This document shows, piece by piece, positions 29,801 to 39,230 of a DNA stretch of 52,084 bases. The position numbers and the translations under genes are program-made. Source of the stretch: Candidatus Woesearchaeota archaeon (GTDB taxonomy: Archaea; Nanobdellota; Nanobdellia; Woesearchaeales; JAWBMQ01); the NCBI GenBank assembly GCA_038828875.1, contig JAWBMQ010000007.1, forward strand, positions 1-52,084, written 5' to 3'. The stretch's first letter is position 1, and each line of letters begins with the position of its first letter. Under the pieces are notes generated by a model, which made no database searches, had not been told where the DNA came from, and was given only the letters and a program-made list of their open reading frames with translations.

Positions 29801-32245
29801 CCTGGTGAGAATTTTCTAAGCTCAATGATTTGTGGATGTTTTCCGACAGCAAGAGGATATATGGATGCATTAATCAAAAATTTAGAATTAATAAAAGAAT
29901 GTTTGGAATCTGTTAAAAGAGGAAGATATGCTGCTGGTCATTGCGAATTGATTGCGGGAATTTATGCTTGTGATTTTTTCATGGATTTAGGAATTTCAAT
30001 TTATGAATGGTGGAAAAGGAAGAATCCTGACAAGACCGTAGAATTAACGTTAGAAGATAAAGATAAGACGGAAGCTCAAAAGAAAGAAACTAAAAATTTA
30101 TTAGATTGTACTAAAGAAGAAAATAAAAATGATTATCGATGTAAAAAGTATGGCGATTTTACAATTAAAGCAGGGAATACTGCAAGTAATTATCATGTTA
30201 CCAATATAGTAACAGTAGCTACAGGTAATCAAGACAGAGAGTATGCAATAAAGCAGAGATATGCACAAACTCTTACTCAATTTTTAACACCTAATGTTAA
30301 ACATCAGTTCTGTGTTTTTTCAGTAACTGGTATTTTAACAGGAGTATGGGACTTTAGTTTGCTTTTTGATATTTATGGAAAAGAATATGAAAAAACTGCA
30401 ATTAGAAGAAATCCTCAGGCATGGTTGCCTGCAGGTTATTGGACAATCATTTCTTATGATCCTATAAAACGAATGCCTTTGGTAAGATATAATTTAGCTG
30501 TTCAAGTGGTAGGAGGTACTAAACCTGCATCCTATGAACTTTATCTTGTTTGTGATCCTGATGTTCAAGATCCTCCTGCTGAATGGTGTGGTGGAGAAAG
30601 ATTAGAAGTTTTAGTTAGAAAAGGATATATTTCATCTATGAAAACTTTAGCTAAGACTGAAGTAATAGATAATACAGAATTATTAAGTAATTCTTTGAGA
30701 TCCGATGATCTAAGAATAGAAAAATTCCTTTTCAACAAAGTAAAAATGGTAATGAAGTATTATGACGTTAATAAGGAAGCAGATGCTACTTGGTCCTCAG
30801 AGATAGTTTTAGATAAAAAAACAGCTATTGAGATTTGTGATATTGATCTAGATAGAAATGCAGCAGGTAAATATATGGGAGTTATTTGTAAAAATCCATA
30901 TTATGAATATGATCAAGGTATGGAAATTCCTAGAGGTGCAAGAACTGCATTTATTACAAGGCATAAAATACTTTCAGTACCTAAAGTAGGAAATCCAAAC
31001 GATGCAGAATTAAGATTAGGAGATTCTTTAATTATAGGATTTGAGTTTGAAGCAGATTCTACTCTTGAAAAACTAGAAGATTCTTTCTTGTTTGTTAATA
31101 TTAAAGGAGCTGATGGAAAGATAATAACTAATTTTACATATAAGATATATGGCATTAACATGAAGAAGTTTTTCAAGTGGACAGATGAAGAATCTATAAT
31201 AATTCCTTTAAAATTATATGATTTTAATTTGTCAAAGGAGACGTTAAATGAGATAGAACTATATTCCGCGGAAGCAGAGTACGAAATTCGTTCTCAAATT
31301 ATTTCTAGTTGGAATAAATTAAAAATACCAAAAATCTTAACTAGTAAGGGAGGAAACTTAGACCCACCTTGTAAGGATGTTAAGGATATAGTTGATGATC
31401 AGTTAAAAAGATGTGTTGATGTGTTTTTTAATGACACGATATGTCCATATAATGAAACCATTTTTGGGTTTGAGTGTAGGAATAATGAGCCGAAGATACC
31501 TAAAAAAATCAAAATAAAGATTAAAAAATCTTGCAACTTTCCAGAATATCAACTTAAAGAAGGAGATCTAATTTCATTCTGTTTGATTAACCCTGAAGGA
31601 AAAGATGAAACTAATGTTGGTTACACACACATTCCTGTTAAAAGAATTTCATTAGATCTTATACTTAATCATCCAATCATAGAATATGCTCAGTACTATG
31701 ATGTTAATAGAAATAATAAATTTGATCAAGCTGATTTTAGTTCTCCAGTAACTTATTTAGATTTTGAAAAAGGCGAAAGAGAGGTTAAAGGGAGTATAAA
31801 TGTAAAATTAGTTCCAGAATATGTGGATTTTCAAAAGAATCCAGGATTAGTAGATGTATATAAGCCAACTGTTTTGTTCCCATCTTCTGATAAGAAATTA
31901 GCAAATGATTCCTTTGAAATTTTACTAGTAATCCCCTATTCTAACACAACAATTCAAGTAGATGGACTATCTCTCTCAACGGATCCAATTACTTCACCAG
32001 GAATTTATTATATCCTTTTTAATAATTTGACTTTAATTAATTTAGGACAATTTAAGCTAAATATTACATATAAAATGAACAATATTAATTTTTCACCCAT
32101 TCAAAAAAACATAAAGTTCGATCCTTATGCAATGCAGAAAGACATAATTAATAATCGTACTAGCATAATGAAGATACTCTTAAACCAAGAGACTCCATCT
32201 AAATCTTCTAATTCTTTAAATATCGAACAAATTGTACAGAAGTAA
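26894..32245 (+). CDS. Giant cysteine-rich secreted/surface protein (about 1780 aa)
   Basis: Signal peptide after GGAGG RBS; Ig-like DTTPP boundary; many Cys; internal hydrophobic segments. Confidence 0.8.
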   Translation: MKNFIKNHLLMIFIILILSSVVYSEEKDYVKSLSVLNFEIGAPGIDFMSFSIGADDAERKIFIINRSNIVFVINYECDETYDKNFTLNLFFIDNQGKVLEEYPSNSTIVQCNESSKILRLSLDMKKAKNRIGTVRLKATVPETEDYVKFVNFNHYFYYFDPDLFSGDIIISKYNVLGKDGMIPFKVNFLGTAKLLDMNDTLFGDNQRTFVFANVDDISKVSFQFDGNFSFKDIPDGYYKLKAVFIPLFSNKSIEKEIEVSIDTTPPNLTSLEMSDETTFINFYNLTPFLSQDIFGSKDHPLERYYNFITIRGESSELLKKVTYKVMILDENNEDVNNILKFLEKISTKAFIFNLNDNWSEIEGSVELEASEKSDIVFSVPNLIKTLLEGFGIFKQECKIEHEKKFSCTFGMYDSVSNNNKPNLVLLTFCDYNDNCKMKLFYFNVHVNDDWKIDLVQQQPNILPYDVLLYGADGTIMVTLSTDLPYTQIKSFRARFSVEEDEMKKYMQFLENINLEIPSINANTPGLYNPKTKQVSLLIRYKIGVKNPDAIDFTKLPDNILVYLKIKITGIVEEIGEKVSDIAVPIAFRIESPLVSAKFLNPETLNGYIKNLNTSIKVLNDSLKWLTDVSKFAHIACMGLFFSSLLVPGNEGFGNFLYQSMIATCERFVCTPVPDSCKNLNIKDMGTSGISAEFIKEDSQGYRTKVNLFLNCLEAKKAFKDISCDETSSDPVLVEEYFKKDKSGLYEIVQKKVLILPEEHKISNMDLMCKDSFKLKATFLLNYIVNFVTLCQYNNGNTSKIDRNKIYTEIINNNVEYKKLTFKESEFNKFINSNFVCEKNVSLSQCVAFMETNDPNIEPIAYNATSDFCKSLLSNSSFDYAEFTLGECDKGATCNVSLADGILAASSDRIKVCKKPEILNDKKKIFNSFVRQDPEYHGKGECYNTEYPDYHQYRCLLNIANPQEPTYIGDPGENFLSSMICGCFPTARGYMDALIKNLELIKECLESVKRGRYAAGHCELIAGIYACDFFMDLGISIYEWWKRKNPDKTVELTLEDKDKTEAQKKETKNLLDCTKEENKNDYRCKKYGDFTIKAGNTASNYHVTNIVTVATGNQDREYAIKQRYAQTLTQFLTPNVKHQFCVFSVTGILTGVWDFSLLFDIYGKEYEKTAIRRNPQAWLPAGYWTIISYDPIKRMPLVRYNLAVQVVGGTKPASYELYLVCDPDVQDPPAEWCGGERLEVLVRKGYISSMKTLAKTEVIDNTELLSNSLRSDDLRIEKFLFNKVKMVMKYYDVNKEADATWSSEIVLDKKTAIEICDIDLDRNAAGKYMGVICKNPYYEYDQGMEIPRGARTAFITRHKILSVPKVGNPNDAELRLGDSLIIGFEFEADSTLEKLEDSFLFVNIKGADGKIITNFTYKIYGINMKKFFKWTDEESIIIPLKLYDFNLSKETLNEIELYSAEAEYEIRSQIISSWNKLKIPKILTSKGGNLDPPCKDVKDIVDDQLKRCVDVFFNDTICPYNETIFGFECRNNEPKIPKKIKIKIKKSCNFPEYQLKEGDLISFCLINPEGKDETNVGYTHIPVKRISLDLILNHPIIEYAQYYDVNRNNKFDQADFSSPVTYLDFEKGEREVKGSINVKLVPEYVDFQKNPGLVDVYKPTVLFPSSDKKLANDSFEILLVIPYSNTTIQVDGLSLSTDPITSPGIYYILFNNLTLINLGQFKLNITYKMNNINFSPIQKNIKFDPYAMQKDIINNRTSIMKILLNQETPSKSSNSLNIEQIVQK

Positions 32246-32292
32246 AGGTCTTAAATGTTGTTCAAATTAAAGAATTAATGAAACAATAACAG

Positions 32293-32490
32293 AAAATTTA
32301 TAAATTTCAATTTTCTTTACTTTCTGATGATAACAATGTCCTGGAGAAAAAATATAACATTAGGGTTATTGATTCCGTTTGCATTTTTTGGATTAGAAGG
32401 TAAGGTAGAGAAAAATTATCAAGTAGAAACAAAGGATGAATTAAAGATAGAAAAAACAATAAGTGGTTTAGAAAGTAAAGTATTTGCATT
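32293..32490 (+). repeat. Direct repeat block 1, copy 1 (promoter + leader of gene A); partner 35652..35849
   Basis: Shared AAAATTTATAAATTTCAAT TATA region; 32342-32490 reads identical to 35701-35849 (offset 3359). Confidence 0.95.
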
Positions 32491-33964
32491 ACCTTTGGTT
32501 CAAGTTAATTTAGAAAATGAATTTAAAAAGGTAGAAAATGAGTTTTTAGGTTTTATTAATTTGTATAACTCTTTAGAAAAAAATCCTGATAAAAGAATGG
32601 TTAAAATTACCACTAACTTATTGGGTATTGATCTCTCTTTTAATCTTTCTTCTATTGAGAATCTTCCGCATTATATTAAAGTGCCTGTTCTGGATAAAAA
32701 TTCTAATAAAATAGGAGAGAAATGGAAAATTAAATTTTCTGAAATAATAGTTGATAATGTAAATGTTTTTCCAATTAGTGAATTAAAGAAATATCTTGAT
32801 GAAGAATCGTTATATGTAGATGCTATACCTTATTTAGTGTATTCTCCAAACTTAGATCGTTTGTTACTTACACCCTATATCTATCCAACAATCTATGAAA
32901 TTACTATAGGAAATGAAAAGAGAACATTATTAAACAGAGTTCCTCTTGATTTCATTTATGGTATATTCAGAGTAGCATTAGCAAACAATTTAAAAAGTTA
33001 TTCTAATTTATTAGAAAACGTTTATATTCCTTTGAAGAGAAATAAAATTAATAATAATTTTGTTGATAATTTTGAAAAATATATCTTAGATAACAAACTT
33101 TTTTGTGATTTATTATTTTCAAATGTAGTGAATCAATACAATATAGAAGAACTCCATTGGAGAAATTATTTAATGTTTCCAATAAATAAAGGACTCGTAA
33201 AAAACAATTTTGACATTAATCTAGATAATCAACATAATCCAGTTTCTTCATTGATGAAAATTGAAAAAATTTATGGATACTTGTCACCTAAACAAATATC
33301 AATTCTAAACCAAAATACTAATTTTTCAATTTGGGATTATAACAATAAATGGAGTTATGATAAGTATGAGCAATTTTACTCAAGATTAAGGAGTAAGAAT
33401 AAGGATTTAGAGACAATGATAGATCAATGGATAGATAAAGAGATTTCAATTTATGGAAAGAATTTAAATCAGACACAAATACAGAACATAAAGAACAATA
33501 TGAAAGTAGCAATAGCAGTATACAATGATAAGATGACTCAGTTTGCAGAGGATTCTATAAAAAAGTTTTCTAATATTACAAATGAATTTTATGTAAAACT
33601 TATGGATACACATACAGGTGTTAAATATGTTGTTTCAATATCAAATGTTTCTCCATTGCTTGCTTTTTATGCTCAATATTTTACTGCATTTAATCATATA
33701 ATATCAAACTCTGGATATAGTGAAAAATTAAGGAATAAATACAATATCAATGGTCTTCTTACTTTTGAGATATTTGGATTTTGGTTTGATGCAGAAGAAT
33801 TTTACGAAAAAAAATATCTTCCAACAATGGAAAAAATTATAAGAAATCATCCCGCAATAGCTTTACCACCATTATTCTTTAAAGGAAATGAATATTTGAA
33901 TAAATTATGGAATGAGCTCTATAGTCCTTTATATGATAAATATATAAAATATTTTTACGAATAA
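32327..33964 (+). CDS. Exported protein of unknown family, type A copy 1
   Basis: Hydrophobic leader; NIEELHWRNY motif; paralogue of 35686..37260. Confidence 0.85.
   Translation: MITMSWRKNITLGLLIPFAFFGLEGKVEKNYQVETKDELKIEKTISGLESKVFALPLVQVNLENEFKKVENEFLGFINLYNSLEKNPDKRMVKITTNLLGIDLSFNLSSIENLPHYIKVPVLDKNSNKIGEKWKIKFSEIIVDNVNVFPISELKKYLDEESLYVDAIPYLVYSPNLDRLLLTPYIYPTIYEITIGNEKRTLLNRVPLDFIYGIFRVALANNLKSYSNLLENVYIPLKRNKINNNFVDNFEKYILDNKLFCDLLFSNVVNQYNIEELHWRNYLMFPINKGLVKNNFDINLDNQHNPVSSLMKIEKIYGYLSPKQISILNQNTNFSIWDYNNKWSYDKYEQFYSRLRSKNKDLETMIDQWIDKEISIYGKNLNQTQIQNIKNNMKVAIAVYNDKMTQFAEDSIKKFSNITNEFYVKLMDTHTGVKYVVSISNVSPLLAFYAQYFTAFNHIISNSGYSEKLRNKYNINGLLTFEIFGFWFDAEEFYEKKYLPTMEKIIRNHPAIALPPLFFKGNEYLNKLWNELYSPLYDKYIKYFYE
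33356..33555 (+). repeat. Direct repeat block 2, copy 1; partner 36625..36824
   Basis: Near-identical 200 bp at offset 3269 within otherwise diverged genes. Confidence 0.92.
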
Positions 33965-33975
33965 AAGGTGAAAAA

Positions 33976-35523
33976 ATGAAGATATCAGATCTAAAAAAAG
34001 AAATTGTCATCTTTACGTCAGTTCCTTTTTTATTTTTCGGATTAAATGGGGAAGTACAAAATAATTATAAAATAGATTTCTCTCTTGAAACTCAGATTTT
34101 TGCTAGTGAATTTTTTTATGATTTACATAAAGATAAGGATCTAGAAAGCAGAATAAGATTTGCTCAAGATTTAGCAGCACAAACTTTAAAACTTATAGAA
34201 GATTCGAAAAATCCATACTTTGCACTTATTAATAAATTTTTAGATATGAAATACATAGAGAAAGTTTCGAAAGACAACAAGATTCCATTTTCTGTAAATA
34301 TGGAAGGATTTAATGCTTCGATAGGTTTTTACAATGGATACATAGGCTTGACTGACGAAATAAACTATGAAAAACTCAAAAATATACTACCTGTTGGAGC
34401 AGTTTATAGAATAAGTATCGTGAAGGATTTCACTTCAGGAAGGTATTATGATATTGATACGCGTTTAGTGCAACGTCCTTTTTCGGATTTTTCTAATAGA
34501 TTTTGGCCTTATGTTATTGAAAGAAAAGAATCACGTTCTTATGATTATGTTAAAAAATTAGCTGCATTATCAAACAATTTGAAATTTTATTATCATGTTC
34601 GTGATTATTTATCAGAAGATCAAAGAAAAAAATTTGATGAGAATCTTTTTAGAAGCTTACAATTTCATACTTTAACTTCATCTTTGATAAGATCCTATGT
34701 TTTGGTAGAAGGAGTATATAACATAGAGATGATTCATTGGGCGAACAGGGCAAATTATTTAGATATATATAGTTTTATGCATTCAAACAGCTTAGATAAT
34801 GTAGTATCAAAGATTCAGGAAGCAAGGAAATTTTATCAATTTCCAGATGATATAATTACACCAGTAGAATTTTCTAATAATCCGCATAATTTGCTTTTTA
34901 TAGTAGAGCAATTTTATCAATTATTAAATAAGGATTCTTTAGAAGAAATTATGAATAGAACTAAAGGGTTGTTTTTGGATACGGATTCATTGAAATACCT
35001 TAAAGATAGTTTGGGTTATGATGATCAGAAGATTTTAGACTACTATGATTCGATGAATGATCAAACAAAATCAGATTTAGAAAGTTATGCTAAAAGATTT
35101 GAAAAATATGGAAAATCAAATGAAGTTAAAGAACTGTTAATTTTATTAAATTTAGAAATGGATAAATATATGACTGGTTCTTTATTGTTCTTAGGAAATT
35201 TAAATTTTGGATTCTATGAAAAATTGAAATCATCAGAAAAAAATGAATTTTTAAGGCAAGCAGTCAATACGATCAATGACATATTTAATGTTTCAGGATA
35301 TGCAGATTTTAACAAGCAAGGATTATGGTACAATGCACAGACATTCATAGTAAGGCATATGAATAATGTGAAAAATTATCATCAGAATAAGATTTTTGAA
35401 TTAGAAAAAGATTTTTACTTTGGATGCGAGCATTTAGGAAATTGGAAGAGGAGATATGTGGATATAGTGTATCCAGTAATAATGGATAAAGATGCCTATG
35501 GAGTTATAGAATATATTAAGTAA
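33976..35523 (+). CDS. Exported protein of unknown family, type B copy 1
   Basis: GGTGA RBS; leader VPFLFFGL; NIEMIHWAN motif; paralogue of 37257..38810. Confidence 0.85.
   Translation: MKISDLKKEIVIFTSVPFLFFGLNGEVQNNYKIDFSLETQIFASEFFYDLHKDKDLESRIRFAQDLAAQTLKLIEDSKNPYFALINKFLDMKYIEKVSKDNKIPFSVNMEGFNASIGFYNGYIGLTDEINYEKLKNILPVGAVYRISIVKDFTSGRYYDIDTRLVQRPFSDFSNRFWPYVIERKESRSYDYVKKLAALSNNLKFYYHVRDYLSEDQRKKFDENLFRSLQFHTLTSSLIRSYVLVEGVYNIEMIHWANRANYLDIYSFMHSNSLDNVVSKIQEARKFYQFPDDIITPVEFSNNPHNLLFIVEQFYQLLNKDSLEEIMNRTKGLFLDTDSLKYLKDSLGYDDQKILDYYDSMNDQTKSDLESYAKRFEKYGKSNEVKELLILLNLEMDKYMTGSLLFLGNLNFGFYEKLKSSEKNEFLRQAVNTINDIFNVSGYADFNKQGLWYNAQTFIVRHMNNVKNYHQNKIFELEKDFYFGCEHLGNWKRRYVDIVYPVIMDKDAYGVIEYIK
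34708..34936 (+). repeat. Direct repeat block 3, copy 1; partner 37995..38223
   Basis: Near-identical tract at offset 3287. Confidence 0.92.
35275..35523 (+). repeat. Direct repeat block 4, copy 1; partner 38562..38810
   Basis: Near-identical 3' ends of B and B' (about five substitutions by eye). Confidence 0.92.
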
Positions 35524-35685
35524 ACTTTTTGAATTGAGTTATCAAATTAATTAGTATCAAGTTTACAATTTTTAGATTTAGGAGATAATGAATTAAAAAT
35601 TATAGATGAAAATTAATTTTTTATAATTTAAAGCTATTTAAATTTTATAAAAAAATTTATAAATTTCAATAATATTCACTTTCTG

Positions 35686-37260
35686 ATGATAAAAATGTCA
35701 TGGAGAAAAAATATAACATTAGGGTTATTGATTCCGTTTGCATTTTTTGGATTAGAAGGTAAGGTAGAGAAAAATTATCAAGTAGAAACAAAGGATGAAT
35801 TAAAGATAGAAAAAACAATAAGTGGTTTAGAAAGTAAAGTATTTGCATTGCCAAAAATAGAATTAACGGAAGAGGCAATAGCAGCAGAATTTAAAAAAGC
35901 ACGTGATGAACATGACACATATTATTTTGATTTATATAATTATTATTTTCATCCATTATATCGTACTGAAAGAGCTGAATTCGCACTATATTTTGTTGGA
36001 ATTGGAGAATTTCTAAGTATTAGGTCTTATGAAAAATTACCGATTTTTGTTAAGGTTCCAGTATATGATCAAAATAAAAATAAAGTAGGAGAAAGATGGA
36101 TGGTTAAACTTAATGAATTTTCAAACAATGAAATTAAGAAATATATTTCAGAAGATTCGTTGTTAGTAGAAGCAGTACCATTTTTAGCAAGTTCTCTATA
36201 CTATCTTCCTGAATTGACGTATTATTATGGGGTATTCAGAATTGCGTCAGCAAATATCGCTAAGGGGTATTCAAGAGCGATGGAAGCGGTATATATGCCG
36301 TTAAAAAGGAATAAAATAAATAGTAGCATAATAAGGAATTTTGAAGTATTAATATTTGATAATCAAGAATTAAAGAATTTTTTAAATGTAATGCGCATAC
36401 AAGAGCCGAATGTAGAAGAGTTGCATTGGAGGAATTATCTTTTGTTTCTAGGAAATAAAGAATTAGCGAAGAATTACTTTAATCTAACCTTAGAGAATGT
36501 GAATTCCCCGGTGTCTTCATTTGGGAAGATGGAGAAGATATATGGATATTTATCACCAAAGTTAGTATCGATATTGAATAATTTAACGAACTTTTCAGTA
36601 TTTGAGCCGAATGCGAGATGGACGTATGATAAGTATGATCAATTTTATTCAAAGTTAAGGAGTAAGAATAAGGATTTAGAAACAATGATAGATCAATGGA
36701 TAGATAAAGAGATTTCAATTTATGGAAAGAATTTAAATCAGACTCAGATACAGAACATAAAGAACAATATGAAAGTAGCAATAGCAGTATACAATGATAA
36801 GATGAATCAGTTTGCAGAGGATTCGCTAAAGAAATTAACGAATTTTGCAAGTGAGTTTTATGTAAAGACAATAGACACACATACAGGAATAAAGTACGAG
36901 CCAGGTTTACCAGGAGCAACTCCATTGTTATCATTTTTCAAGCAATATTTTACTGCATTTAATCATATAATAGTGAATTCAGGATATAGCGAAGAGTTAA
37001 GGAAGAAATACAATCTTAGCGGAGCAATTACGTTTGAAGTATTAGGATTTTGGTTTGATGCAGAAGAATTTTACAAGACGAAGTATTTGCCTACGCTGGA
37101 GAAGGTGATGAGGAGTAATCCAGTAATTAGTTTAGAACCTTATTATTTTACTGGGAGTGAAGAGTTAAACAAGTTATGGTATGAGCATTATAAGCCATTT
37201 TATGAAAGGTATGTAAAATATCTTGATGTATATAAATTAGCAGAGCAGAAGGTGAGGTGA
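35686..37260 (+). CDS. Exported protein of unknown family, type A copy 2
   Basis: Leader near-identical to 32327..33964; NVEELHWRNY. Confidence 0.85.
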   Translation: MIKMSWRKNITLGLLIPFAFFGLEGKVEKNYQVETKDELKIEKTISGLESKVFALPKIELTEEAIAAEFKKARDEHDTYYFDLYNYYFHPLYRTERAEFALYFVGIGEFLSIRSYEKLPIFVKVPVYDQNKNKVGERWMVKLNEFSNNEIKKYISEDSLLVEAVPFLASSLYYLPELTYYYGVFRIASANIAKGYSRAMEAVYMPLKRNKINSSIIRNFEVLIFDNQELKNFLNVMRIQEPNVEELHWRNYLLFLGNKELAKNYFNLTLENVNSPVSSFGKMEKIYGYLSPKLVSILNNLTNFSVFEPNARWTYDKYDQFYSKLRSKNKDLETMIDQWIDKEISIYGKNLNQTQIQNIKNNMKVAIAVYNDKMNQFAEDSLKKLTNFASEFYVKTIDTHTGIKYEPGLPGATPLLSFFKQYFTAFNHIIVNSGYSEELRKKYNLSGAITFEVLGFWFDAEEFYKTKYLPTLEKVMRSNPVISLEPYYFTGSEELNKLWYEHYKPFYERYVKYLDVYKLAEQKVR

Positions 37261-38810
37261 GAAAGATGAAAAATTTAAGGAAGGAATTAGTGATATTTAC
37301 AACAGTGCCATTTTTATTCTTTGGGGTTAATGATGCAGTAGAGAGGAATTACAAGAGAGAAATTCCTATAGAGAGTAAAGTTTATGCATCAGAATTTTTC
37401 TATGATTTGCATAAAGACAAGGATTTGGAGAGTAGATTAAGATATGCACAAGATTTAGCGGCACAGACGCTAAAAGTAGTAAAGAATTCGAAAGATCCCC
37501 AGATACAATTATTAAATAAATTTTTAGATACTAGTTACATAGAGAAAGTTTCAAAAGATAACAAAATTCCTTTTTCAGTAAATATGGAAGGTTTTAACAT
37601 ATCTATTGGTTTTTACAATGGCTACATAGGTTTGACAGATGAGATAAATTATGAACAATTAAAGAACAATATTCCGGTAGGAGCAGTATATAAAATAACA
37701 CTAGTAAGGAATATTACAGAAAATAGGTATTATGATATTTTAGCGAAAGCATTTCCAAGAGAGGGATTATATCCATTTGATTGGCCACTTAAAGGATATC
37801 GTGTTGAGGTAGTCTTCAAAAGGCCATATGATTATCTTACATCATTAGTGGCATTATCAAACAATGTTAAATTTTACTTTCATGTAAAGGATTATTTAAC
37901 AGAGGGTCAAAGAAAAAAGTTAGAAGAAAATGTATTCAAGACTGGAGTATTTCATGGATTAAGTTCAGCATTAATAAGATCTTACGTTTTAGTGGAAGGA
38001 GTATATAACATAGAGATGATTCATTGGGCGAACAGGGCAAATTATTTAGATATATATAGTTTTATGCATTCAAACAGCTTAGATAATGTAGTAGCAAAGA
38101 TTCAAGAAGCAAGGAAGTTTTATCAATTTCCAGATGATATAATTACGCCAGTAGAATTTTCAAATAATCCGCATAATTTGCTTTTTATAGTAGAGCAATT
38201 TTATCAATTATTGAATAAAGATTATTTAGAAGAGATAATGACAAGGACAAGAGGTGAATTTATAGATAATGATTCATTGAACAAATTAAAGCATAGTTTA
38301 GGCTATGATAATCAGAAGATAGAGGAATATTATGGGAAGTTAAGTGATCAAGCGAAATCGGATTTAGAATCATATGTTAGGAGATTTGACAAATACGGAA
38401 AGACTAATGAAGTAAAGGAGATGTTAATTTTGCTTAACTTAGAGATGGATAAATTAATGACAGGTTCATTATTAATGCTAGGGAATTTAAATTTAGGATT
38501 TTACAATGTATTAAAACCAGCAGAGAAAAAAGAATACATAAGGCAAGGGGTAAGTACAGTAAATGACATATTTAATGTTTCAGGATATGCAGATTTTAAC
38601 AAGCAAGGATTATGGTATAATGCACAGACATTCATAGTAAGGCATATGAATAATGTCAAAAATTATCATCAGAATAAGATTTTTGAATTAGAAAAAGATT
38701 TTTACTTTGGATGCGAGCATTTAGGAAATTGGAAGAGGAGATATGTGGATATAGTGTATCCAGTAATAATGGATAAAGATGCCTATGGAATTATAGAATA
38801 CATAAAGTAA
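37257..38810 (+). CDS. Exported protein of unknown family, type B copy 2
   Basis: Paralogue of 33976..35523; start may be ATG 37266 after GGTGA. Confidence 0.85.
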   Translation: MRKMKNLRKELVIFTTVPFLFFGVNDAVERNYKREIPIESKVYASEFFYDLHKDKDLESRLRYAQDLAAQTLKVVKNSKDPQIQLLNKFLDTSYIEKVSKDNKIPFSVNMEGFNISIGFYNGYIGLTDEINYEQLKNNIPVGAVYKITLVRNITENRYYDILAKAFPREGLYPFDWPLKGYRVEVVFKRPYDYLTSLVALSNNVKFYFHVKDYLTEGQRKKLEENVFKTGVFHGLSSALIRSYVLVEGVYNIEMIHWANRANYLDIYSFMHSNSLDNVVAKIQEARKFYQFPDDIITPVEFSNNPHNLLFIVEQFYQLLNKDYLEEIMTRTRGEFIDNDSLNKLKHSLGYDNQKIEEYYGKLSDQAKSDLESYVRRFDKYGKTNEVKEMLILLNLEMDKLMTGSLLMLGNLNLGFYNVLKPAEKKEYIRQGVSTVNDIFNVSGYADFNKQGLWYNAQTFIVRHMNNVKNYHQNKIFELEKDFYFGCEHLGNWKRRYVDIVYPVIMDKDAYGIIEYIK

Positions 38811-38864
38811 AATTTTCAGAATTTTTTTCAATATATTTTTAAATTTTCTATTCTTTTTTCTTTT

Positions 38865-39230
38865 ATGGCAACCTTAATAATTTTAGCAACAACAGGAAAA
38901 GGTGCATGGAATAGAATTTTTAAGTTGCTTAATGTGTTTGATTGGGAAAAAGTTTTAGTTATTACTAACAAATTCGGTTATGAAAAGTTGGAATTCAAAG
39001 AAAGTAAAGTAGAAAAAATAGAAATAAATTTTAATGCACCATATGATTATGTAATAAATGAGATTAAAGAAAAATTGAAGAATTATAATTTAACTGAAGT
39101 TGCTTTGAACATTTCTTCAGGAGAAGGAAAAGAGCATGTAGCTTTAATTGTAGCATTAATAAAATTAGGAGTGAGTTTACAATTTGTGGATTTAGAAGAC
39201 AATGAATTAAAGATAATAGGAAATGATTAA
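38865..39230 (+). CDS. Small Rossmann-like protein, possible stand-alone CARF domain
   Basis: Beta-alpha pattern TLIILATTG...EKVLVIT...VALNISSGEGKEHVAL resembles CARF motifs; ORF is solid, fold is inferred. Confidence 0.5.
   Translation: MATLIILATTGKGAWNRIFKLLNVFDWEKVLVITNKFGYEKLEFKESKVEKIEINFNAPYDYVINEIKEKLKNYNLTEVALNISSGEGKEHVALIVALIKLGVSLQFVDLEDNELKIIGND

Noticed and set aside
32307-35878. Near-identical antisense ORFs 32307..32489 and 35666..35878
   Set aside because: Their similarity simply reflects repeat block 1 on the opposite strand.
32327-38810. Diversity-generating retroelement (TR/VR pairs)
   Set aside because: Differences between repeat copies are mostly synonymous and not adenine-specific (tac/tat, gtg/gtc), both copies are coding, and no reverse transcriptase is in the window.
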